Shown here: positions 48,586-64,000 of the stretch, one piece after another
Layout: each line of letters starts with the position of its first letter
Numbering within the stretch: the stretch's first letter is position 1
The notes under the pieces: model-generated
The model's input: only the letters and a program-made list of their open reading frames with translations
Databases searched by the model: none
Told to the model about the DNA's origin: nothing
NCBI GenBank assembly: GCA_040954595.2
Contig: CM082582.2
Location: 13,552,327-13,616,326, forward strand
Direction: 5' to 3'
DNA: 64,000 nucleotides
Source of the DNA: Balanoglossus misakiensis
Taxonomy: Eukaryota; Animalia; Hemichordata
Position numbers and translations under genes: made by a program

Positions 48586-50726
48586 TCATGTGGCATCTGT
48601 AGTTTTGTGGTTGAAAAACACTTTAACTTGCGTGGCACTTGATCTTCCAATGACATCAGCAAGTTCCTGTAAAAAAATGGAATGAGGGAGATTGATAACA
48701 AACTGCATGGCATAACCAGTATCTCAAACTCTGCAGTTACATTACAGTGTGGAGTGCTGACCTGCAGTGGTCTTATAAATCTGTCTCCGACTGCTCAATT
48801 CCTTTGTGGCAGTCCATAAACAGGTGCACAACATTTCATGTGTAAGCGTGTTACAACCTCTGACACTAAACCTTGTTCGGTCTTCAGGGTGAGCTGACAA
48901 TGTAATGACTAACATATTCAAACAAGTGTAACAGAGAAACAGTATGTAATAATTCTAAAGCAGATTTCATGGGTAAAATGACAAAAAGGTGTTTATTTCT
49001 GCAAAGGTTCTTTTACATAATGTCAAATGCTAGCTTAGACAATTGGAGAAAGTATTTAGTAAAGACAGGTTTTAGATTGTTTAGATAGGTTTTCGCTACA
49101 CCAGAGTTAAATGTGTGTTGCCATGACTACTCACAGACTCTGATGCCTGAACAATCCCTTTGATAGAACCAAACTTTTCCAACAGTGACCGTGCCTTCAC
49201 CCCTCCAAGTGTTGGAATCTTTTGCACAGTTGAAAGTACCGCCTGATCAATAGGAGTTGCTTTCCGTTTGATTCGAAAAGGATTTGGTGTGGGTTTGTTT
49301 TCCTCATGCACCTGAAAAAAAACATTATTTACGGAAAAATTCTTAAACATGAATACAATCTCTTTTGTGTCTAATGAATAGAATACACCACATCAAAAGT
49401 GAAAATATAAATCTGCATCCTAAAGATTACATTAGGCTTTCGGCATCATGAGATCACATTGCCAAGCCAAGAAAAACTTATTAAGGCGTATTACACATAT
49501 GAAATCAGATATTTCCGGTTTGCCTAATGGATATTCTGGTACATGTACTTCAAATAAAACTAAATTAAGCAAATGGTGGGATGCACATGATAGATAAGGT
49601 AATTTAAACTGCAGTGTTTTATTTTTTGAGAAGTACTACCCGGGCAGAAACCGAAGAAGCTAGGGATGATGCCATTATGCAATTGAAACTGTTTGTGCAC
49701 AAAATACTGTACAGAAAACAGGACATACATGTAGGCTCTTGTCAATTTATTTAAAGAACTTTAATGAGATCTACAGAGACTAGTCACTTTGGGTTTTCAT
49801 TATGAAGACTTATTTGTGAAAGAGCAGCTAGACAAGAAGGTTGAATGCCTAATTTATATAAAAATAAACAGGGACATGCATTTTACAGGATAAACTAGGG
49901 ATTTCAGTACTAGCTCTCAAATCCCAAAAACAGATGACAAATCACAATCATATACAATCATATACATATGTATGTTGTTTGTGTTTTTGAGTACAGTGTG
50001 CAGAAACCAACAAAACAAATTCATTGAGAATTGTATGAAGTAAGTAGCCACTAAAACAATAAAATATAAAGAATGTCAGATGCTGTCAATTAAAGATCAC
50101 ATTTCAAATGTTTACCAAAAAAAGTCAAATTAATGAAAAGGTGGTATTTTCTGCCATTTTTAATTACCATCTGTATAAGGAGATTTCCAGCTTCAGTCTG
50201 TGTTGCAACATACAACAAAACCATTCCTAGCTCCAAAACAACAAATTTCTGTAGCGCGGAAAAGTACTGTTGACTAACTGGAGTCTTCTCAACTATCACA
50301 ACACCCCTCATAGAATTAGCCTGTGACGACAAAAACAAAAAACAAAATAAAGATGTTAATGTATTACCAGTATCGGTATAAAGTGACAAGAGTCACTGTC
50401 TGACTATCATAAAAAGCGTAAAAGCAGAGGTTCTGGAACTGGTGCTAGAAACTTAATTTTTACAGAATATTTATGTTTGAAACTCTTCTACAAACAGATC
50501 TTACTTTTCTCAGCTTGACAAGCTTCCTCCTATAACTAGAACCAACGACAATATCATTCTCGGACACATAAATGATGGCCGTCTCACTGCTTGGGTAGAA
50601 ATCAACAACTCCAAGATCTTCTTCATATCTAACTTTAATTTTACCTAAAATGAAAGAAAGTTGGGAAAAAATAATCAACAGTACTATTAATCCCATAAAA
50701 AGATTTCCCTGCACGACGACGACAAC

Positions 50727-50771
<45 letters not shown>

Positions 50772-50941
50772 ATCCTAGAATTACTGACAACTGGATTAAT
50801 ACCTCCCTTACCCTGCAATGTCTTGATGAGTTCTGTGTGCTGCCATTTGCTAGCACTAACAAGGTGTCCAGGTGGTACCCGTCCAACTATTCTTACTGGG
50901 GTTGGCTGTAGTTGCGTATCACACAGGCTTCTATCTGCCAT
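48586..50941 (-). CDS. FAAP24: Fanconi anaemia core complex-associated protein 24 (ERCC4-like + HhH), about 226 aa
   Basis: Exons 50941-50812, 50644-50505, 50320-50168, 49311-49135, 48666-48586. VPPGHLVSASKW, DFYPS, YRRKLVKLR, VEKTPVSQQYFSALQKFVVLELGMVLL and HhH motif VQKIPTLGGVKARSLLEKFGSI match recalled human FAAP24. Confidence 0.93.
50727..50771. repeat. (GAT)15 microsatellite in FAAP24 intron 1
   Basis: Perfect trinucleotide run preceded by degenerate GAC units. Confidence 0.97.
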
Positions 50942-51650
50942 TGCAATTGCCTGGCACGCCCTCTCTGTTCAATTCCAGCCCTTATCGTACAGTGCACCGA
51001 CTGACTTCAACTCGCACGGCATTTACTTTGCGTATTTACACTTTTGCCGAGTAGAGGAGTCAAGAAAACATTTAGACCATACCCCTGAAATCTACCAACT
51101 GCAACTGTGTTCATTCATACCCAGCTTTATGGAATATACAAGAACAAACAAATTGGTGATTGTTTTCAGCGCAGATTTCAGAGAGGTTTATTTCTAAGTC
51201 ACGAACAATCGAAAAGACTACCCTAAATCAATTGCAATAAATATTATTTGGTATTATGATATGATATAACTTATTATATGCCCTTCAGGAACAAAAATAT
51301 TCGATAATATATATTCGAAGATGGTGCTATTAAGAAAGGCGTCATTATTTTAAAGGTCCTTGTATATTTCGCGGGCTTTTCAACACGTGATACGCTTTGT
51401 GTTTCCTTCGCAGCTGCAACTAAGTTTAGTAATCGGTTGACAGTCAGCGTTTTGAGATCGGAAGAGTGTTTTCAACATTCAAAAGTAAGTAAGTAACACG
51501 AGTTCACTGTTTGCAATATACGTGTACGGGTGTCGTGATATATTTGTAGATGCGGAGGTGAATGTGTCTAGTTTTTTTGGTCGGGACATTGATGACAACT
51601 CGTCGGGCCTCTAGCTTTTAAAAATGGAGGCTGTTTTCGCGGCATAATAA
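50942..51650. promoter_or_regulatory. Bidirectional FAAP24/MCM4 promoter with E2F sites, and the non-coding MCM4 first exon
   Basis: CpG-rich. TTTCGCGG at 51367-51374 and 51635-51642, CACGTG at about 51384, donor GTAAGT at 51485, acceptor at 52040-52041 upstream of the ATG at 52063. Confidence 0.7.
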
Positions 51651-52062
51651 ACTACATGTAATTTTGTAAGTGTTAATTGGGTGACAATGGGCCGGCGATG
51701 TAAACTTTTCCAATTTCTCCTTTGCTGACAAGTCATGATTTATAGTTTCAGAACATAATGTTTTTCTGTTGTTTTCGGTGGTTACAATTTTCTGTCTGAA
51801 GTGATCTTGAAGACAATAATACACATGCGATGTGAAGGGGGTATTTATATCACGTGATGTCAGAAATTTACATACAACTTTGTGTGTGTGTTTTAACTTT
51901 TTGTCGTTTTCCCTACTTTTTGTTTGCAAGTTGTTACTGAATAATGTACATTACACGTAAGTTGTTTTTGTTGAATTTCCTTGAAAGATGACATAACCGT
52001 TGAAAGGCAAAGCTAATTTGTGTATTTTTGTATTTCCATAGCCTTGGCATTGAGGATCAATT

Positions 52063-57037
<4,975 letters not shown>

Positions 57038-57599
57038 TGGATGAAGGAAGGAGGGAATGAAGAGAAGAATGAAGAATGTCAATCAAAGCACTTCTTTGTT
57101 GAACTTGGCTCTCAATATGATTGAGCTTTCTTTCGTATCAGGATTCATGAAATCTTGCTTTTCATCAAAATGTATTTAAGAAATATATTTAGGATATTCC
57201 CTTTTGAATTTCTTTTCCATGCCTTTTTTTTCAAGATATCAAGACTAAATGCAAGTTGTCATTAAAAAGATATATTTTGAATGAATGAATGTGATTTTTG
57301 TTCTGTGGCAACCATAATTAGTTTGCTACAAACATGACCAGCATTAACACTGCCATGTGGAATGTTTTGATATACGTGTATGTAGTATATGTATAGTTGT
57401 GTGTTTTGCTGTTTACTAGTATACCCTGCACCAACTTCAGACTATATTTCACTTGATATTTCCTATACTATTTGTGTTTGGAAATTTGCTGTTGTCATGT
57501 CCTTGTAAATTCAATACAGATATATTTAGGTTATCTGTATATTTCTTGATTCCATCAATAAAAGTAGACATTATGGAATGACTTAGGGATCGTTGACTC

Positions 57600-60500
57600 T
57601 CTCAGTATTAAATCCCCGAAGGTGTGACTAGCGCCTCTCGGTTTTAAATGTTAACTTTTTTTTTTTTTTTGAGACCATCCATGACATAGTGTGCACCTGT
57701 GTCTAAGCGAAAAATTGAAATTGCAGTGCGGACAAAAAGTTCGAATTAGAGTGCACTGACATGACACGGTGGTAATCGATCATCCCACTTTTGGTTATTA
57801 ATTAGGACCCGATAATTCTGATTGGTCGGTTACTTTCCGCACACCTAAAACAGGTAGACCACAGCACTTGTGATTGGTCAGTTACACCCCAGCTCTTTGA
57901 ACAGGTGTGCAACGTGGAGGCGCCAGACTATTGAATAGGGTTGACCCTATAATGTTTGTCTCGAATCTCTTGCATAAATCAAAACTAGGCTATTCTGACG
58001 GAGGCAACATCGTGCGCCGTACCCTGTCGACGTCCTGGATGATTTTCTTCCGTGGCAAATCGGTAAATATACACTTTTTTAATTGTAATGTTACGAAATT
58101 TAAACTTTGTCCATCCAAAGACGTCAAAACTTGACAAAGGAAGGTGTCTCCGGGATAGGTCTTCCCCTTCATTCCCGGCCACAAGGAGGATAGGGGAAAG
58201 CCCAACTCGTGCAAGTAATCTATTCACAGGCGGGTTCCCAGGTCTTTGGGGATGTGAGATTTTTTTTCTTTCTCATATGACCACAAAATGTGATTAATTC
58301 TCACTGGAAACGTTGGATGAATGTCGTCTGGCAGGTTGTAGTTACAGTCCAAGTATTATTTTTTACTCATACGCCTACTTGCTTACACCCGAGTTGAGGG
58401 AAGTACATGTACTGTAAAAATAAATGGATAAATGGCAGATAATGAACTCGAGAACACGTCAAATATCTTATGACATATATGTGTTCCGTGGTTTTTACTC
58501 AGGCCATACTTACCGCCCTCAACCATATTTCTTGTTGAGAAAAGTGTTATGCTTTGTTGGTATCGTGTGTATATATTGCTGTGACTAGACGGCTTCCTGA
58601 GCGGTGGATGGCCGCGGCGCTATACACAACAAAACTTTGGTTGTCTAATCCGTGACACAAATTAAAGTCTACACAAGTTCCTCCGCCTCAGAGAAACGAT
58701 GTGCGACACTAAATGTACAACTTCTGTAGAGAGCAGAAGTGATGTGTAACACGGGAGCTAATCACGTGACGCATGGTCAACCCATTGCAACTACATGTAT
58801 ACCGATTTACCTAAAAACAGAACACCTACTCATGTAGACAACACACCGTCAGATGACAATAGATGTAAATACATAATACTTCTTTTACTTTATAACATTT
58901 AGTAAATAAACACGTGAAAATTGTGTGGTATGACAAATATCGAAAAACCTACCTCAAACACGACAACTGTCTTGTTTGTGATTCCGAACATATCGAGTAA
59001 AACGTTTTCTGACTAAAATTACCACCCACGCGGGCACAGTAATGCGCAGTGACTTCGTTGAGTGAATTTTAGACATGTCCTAATAGACACATATGATAGA
59101 CTCGCACACCATCATTTAATCCATACACATTTTTAAATTTAAATTTCCGTAGTTTTTGTGACGTGTGTTGCACATATTGGCCTATAGCGTCGTCATTGAT
59201 GAAGGTCGCACGGTCAACAAAATTCGTCCCTTCCAACTTACAATTCAACACGTGAAGCAGATTAGGTCGTGAAGATGTCATCTTCGATCAAGCTGGAATT
59301 GAAATCTGCTTATTTCGCCTTCGTGAACCAAGCTTAGCAATTCACACCAAGAAAACGCGTGAAAGAAAGACAATACACTGAACATAGGGGGAAGAAAATC
59401 GGGTGACATGAAACGGAAATTAAACAGAGAAGAAATGTCACGTGACTGCAAAATGAAAAAATACAGGAAAAAACAGGAAATTTATTCTACATTTCAAGAA
59501 AAACGCACACGTGAGAAGTTACGTCTATTTTAAGAACCGTTCTTGTATACGTCACTCACATTTTCCCTTGAAAACGCGTGTTTCACAAGAACAACAGCAG
59601 CGCAAGTCAAGCAAATTTCCAACCATTCTGATTTTAGTAATATTTTCCAGACATTTGTGGACGCGTGCATGGAATATGATATCTTTACAGCAACGTGTTT
59701 TATCTCCTAAGCCTAGCCGGGAGTGAAATTCAACGTATCTTGGTCACAGATCACGAAATTTATGCGTCACAAGATATTCGGGCAATAGGCTGAGACAGCC
59801 GCAATTTCCACGGACACATCAAGATTTGACAAAGAGTTTGGAAATGAACGGATGGTGGGTGGTTCAAACTGTCTGTAAATAGTCCTGGAAAAGATACTGA
59901 ATAATACAGCTTATTATTTTCGTGTTTACGTCACGACCCTTAATGTGATAGGGATGATCCTCACCAATTACCGGTATCTTTGTCAACAATCACCGAGGAC
60001 GCATCGACTCTGTCCGCCTCGTTCCCTATTTCCCAGCGGTCTATTCAACTTCCCCTCCGAAGTTTATTGCGCTTATTCCCCTTTTCCCTTGTAAGAGAAC
60101 TAGGCGGGTCAGTCGCAATAATTAGCACTATAGTGATGAAGACACTTGTCAACCCCCTTCTTTCTCCGTTGGTTATTACTATAAAACTTTTGTGTACAAA
60201 AGTGCGGTCCCACTGGAGCAATCTGCAACGACGAAGTCCAAGGTGATTTTACTCAAGTTCCGTCGGATTATTTTCCGATGACTGTTTCAGTGTAATGACG
60301 TCACGCCGTGCGTACACAACACATGATTACAATAGCTGTTGAAAATCGCGGTACCACGTTAATCACAAACCAGACAAAACGAAAAATCACATCATTGTCC
60401 ATGACATATTTAGAGATAACTAGAGAGTCAATCACGGTACACGAGAGATATTTTCGTGCACCTGTGAGGGAGGAGGGGGGGGGGCAAAAACAGACGAAGA

Positions 60501-63500
60501 ATGAGACGATTGATGTGCATATTTTAAAAACCAAGAATTGAAATGATGTGCGGCAGGAATTCCAATAGTTGAAATGTAATAATGCAAGGCCTTGGTTTAG
60601 TTGTTCCCCTATGTGCGTTGTTCGAGAGGAAAGAAAAGAATTACTCAGCCCTAAAGTATGCATATCATTTGAAATTGGACTTGTCACTTGTTTGACTCGC
60701 GTTTACAAAACAGACAGAGTTTGTTTATTCAGCAAGGTGTTTACCTTTGACGCCAAGGACATGATGCTATAAATACCACTGTTTCGTGTTTTGGGTCTCA
60801 ACGTCAGTTCATCAGCTCCGACCGGAACGTCAGAAACTGTATTTTTATCTTGCGCGTCTATTTCTTTCGTCGGAAACAACATTAAATAAGTCTTAAATTT
60901 CAAGAAACATTGTTTTATATATTTAATCAGTTCGTTTTCGTTAAATGCCGTAGAGTCAGAGAGTATTAACCGTCCGGGTGTAGGTTTTCTCAGTTGCCGA
61001 CAATTTCATATCTCGTTTTTACAATGTGGGCGTTTCGGGGGTTGTTGCAACCGGTGCCGTTGATTCAGCAGCGAACAAAAAAAACCTGCAGCTGATGAAA
61101 GGACCGTGAAAAAGACCAACATTATAAGCAGCAACACCTGTAGTTTTAAGTGTCTTTTACCAGAGCTTGATAGGCCTGTTTCAATTTATCACAGATTTGA
61201 ATTGAATTTCATAAATGTGTTTATGCTGTACCGCTTCTTTGATATGCGCGCAGAATGCTGGTGTTTTATTCTGACAACGATATTATGGAACTGTTAGTGT
61301 GGGCTCGGGGGTTTTGTGCATGGAAAATGTTCTTGAGAAGTGTTTCATTATCGACCCCTTCCTAAATTGTATCATCTGCCGTTGGCTAGTAAAGAAGTAA
61401 CCTGTAAACCGAGATTTGAAGTAAGTTATTTACAGAAAAACTCACCACTGGCCATCCGTAGATTGTGAATGCAAGAGATAGAGGGAAAACTGAGGTCGGT
61501 CATGTGGACTGCGTGTGTTTTGGTCAATTGGCAGTCAAATTTCTTACTTGGTTAGCCGTTCGCACACTTCTCAAAAATTCGTTACAACTACGACAAATCT
61601 CTCTCCCCCTTCCCCTCACTATATCTTGTTGGTTAAAAGAAAACGACACGTATTTTTGTGCCTAGATTGATTGATATCAATTTGTAAATTATGTTGGCAT
61701 TCCGAGAACATTTTGTGTCAAATGAGAGCGACTATTGCCGAGCACAGACTAAGCAGGTGTAGGAATAAAATCTACAAATTGCACGACTCGTTGTCGCTTT
61801 GTAGACGAATTTTACCGTTTTCAAGACGTATTCGATTAAATTCCTTCCCTCACACCAGCTAGGACATGTTAACAATTCAAACCACCAGACATGGCGTTGA
61901 TTAAAACTGTCTTTTCGTGCACTTGTTTTCGCTTCATTTGACATTTTAATTCACACGCACTGTCATGTGAATATTTCAGTCTTTCGCTGATAGAAAATAC
62001 ACCACAACTTCGGGGAATTAGTCAATTTCGCCCTGTTCCGTTGTATTCCTGAAAAGTCTGGGCTGCCTTTTAGACAACTCCCGTGAAACAGTTGTACGAT
62101 CGGCGACGGGAATTTGCGACGGTGTGGCCCTGTAAATTATTCTCCAGAATACTTGCTACAAATCTCCGCTTCTGTAGAAAGCAGCATGTGAACGTGTCAT
62201 ATGACGACAATTTTGTTAAGTCAGATATCGCCATTTTAGAAATTTAAGAAGATGATGATTTTATATCATGATTTTACCTTATAGGGTGACAGCATGCAAA
62301 TAACCGTTTTTCTTGAGGTATCACTGGTCACTTCGGCTCGAACGAACTGCAGTTCAGAAATCGCTTCCGTCATCTATGGAAGAGTCTAACAGTTATAACA
62401 AACGACCAAAAGATTCGAATCGAAAGGTTTCACTGATATTTATGATGCGGTTTTAACAGGGAAGGATGTTTTAAAGAGGAATATTGACGATGTTGTAAAT
62501 TTTCGTTAGACACAAAGGTGGTGGTGAAAAAAAAACAATCTCACTCACGTGTTGTTCAGCCGCGTTATTCCAACAGAAATTGTGCAGAACTCTTTTCTTT
62601 ATTGCAAATAGCACAAAAATCATATTCGATTCGATATGTAATTCAAAATTTCAATTAAGACCGACTTAAATCTAGCTTTGAGAGCCTTTCGCGAGTTTTG
62701 TCGCCCTTTGCAAAAAATAAAGGCGTCCGTCTTTATGTGTGAATTTCGAGCACACGATGAACTCTCGGGGGATTGGAAATGTCGTTTTACTGCTAGGACA
62801 AGGTCAAGTTCATCTAGATTCACAATCATGAAGATCAATTCCGCACAGCAGCCCGGGATAAACAAAATTCAGAGCATGTACTGTTGAACTGCCGATTGAT
62901 TTTGTTCCTGACCTCTGTTGTTTATTACTGATAGCATAAATTTCTGTCACAACTTCGGCCAAAAGTTAAAATCAGCAATTCCCGCTGGACAAGTGTTTAT
63001 TTTTAGTATAACTTACTTCTGTATTGGTAGTTGTATATTATAGAAGTCGCATGCCACGAGACTTCAAGATAAAGGGAAGGAACAACCAAACCTGCCATTT
63101 ATACAGAAGAAATTTGGATTCATTCTCAGTGTTCACCCGACAAAATCTTGTCTTCTATGATCTTCAGCATTCCCCGACATCTTCTTCGTTGAGTAACGCT
63201 GAAGTCTTCGGCCTCAGGTCCCAGCTTCGTCACAACCGTCTTAGAGTCCACATTCTTTAAAATAGATATAGTGTAAAATATCCAGTTGTGTCAATCTCAT
63301 CGCTGTGATCACGGTCCCTCCACAAACTGCTTGGGTTTGAGACAGCGTCGGATGGCATGGAGTTTATGTTTTCCGCTCTACATGCACAAGCTTCCTATAG
63401 ATATGTTTTTGAACAAAATTAATAAGAGTAATAATTTACTGCGTCAAAATAATACACGTTCTGCACCTGCAGGGAAAGATTTTTGACCACGCAAGAAATC

Positions 63501-64000
63501 TATGACTCCCTTGGCGGGGAGAATGCCACGTGCAAACTGTCAAGCTCTCTTGATTCAAAGCGACAGGCAGTTATACTTTTGTGAACAAACGGCCATTTTC
63601 TCTTCGCTCAAGTAAAAGCGCCAGATCTCGAGACAAGAACTTGGGCGTTAGACAACAGACTGAGGCAAACTAACCAATAAATTGTAAACTTTCTTTGACC
63701 AATGCCCACCACAAACAATAGAGATTATTTTATCTAGTGATTTACTGCTCTGGAACATATACATTCGACATCACATGGAGGTCGATTATCAAGAATTGTA
63801 GATTCTTTGAAAAATACTGTAGCATGCCGAAGACACACAAATGGCTGTGACGTCAACATGTAACTTTTGGATAAAATGAGATCTGAATGACGTAAATCTT
63901 GGTATGAACAGGGTTTCGAAAACGTGATATAATATCAGGTGTTTTCAAATTCAATGTGAACAAATATTAAGCCTTATTTTTGGGTAAAAACTGAAATTGT
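57600..64000. promoter_or_regulatory. Extended CpG-rich non-coding domain with clustered E-box, CRE and CCAAT motifs
   Basis: CpG frequency rises sharply after the MCM4 poly(A) signal and stays high. No recognisable coding exon. Motif clusters at 57.8 kb, 58.7-60.3 kb and 63.5-63.95 kb. Confidence 0.55.

Noticed and set aside
57985-59281. Minus-strand ORFs at 57990-58214 and 59069-59281 as exons of a further gene
   Set aside because: No recognisable protein family and no consistent splice phase linking them.

Overview
Gene-dense, AT-rich nuclear DNA from an animal, most likely a bilaterian invertebrate. Introns are mostly short and GT-AG, gene bodies are CpG-poor and promoters CpG-rich; no prokaryotic features were seen. 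Eight intron-containing genes were reconstructed exon by exon with consistent splice phases: SPG7/paraplegin (+, 5' end outside the window), twisted gastrulation (+), GARRE1/KIAA0355 (-), GPI (+), MCAT (+), TENT4/PAPD5-7 (-), FAAP24 (-) and MCM4 (+). They are followed by about 6.4 kb of CpG-rich non-coding DNA packed with E-box and CRE motifs. The main observations are: a U12-type (minor spliceosome) intron in MCM4; an invertebrate GARRE1 head-to-head with GPI, its human neighbour; an orphan CpG promoter with a strong minus-strand donor at about 29.7-30.0 kb that could give a GARRE1 isoform nesting GPI and MCAT; a Tsg that has lost a conserved cysteine pair; and miR-92 seed sites in the long TENT4 3' UTR. 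Homology calls rest on recalled protein sequences; no searches were run.
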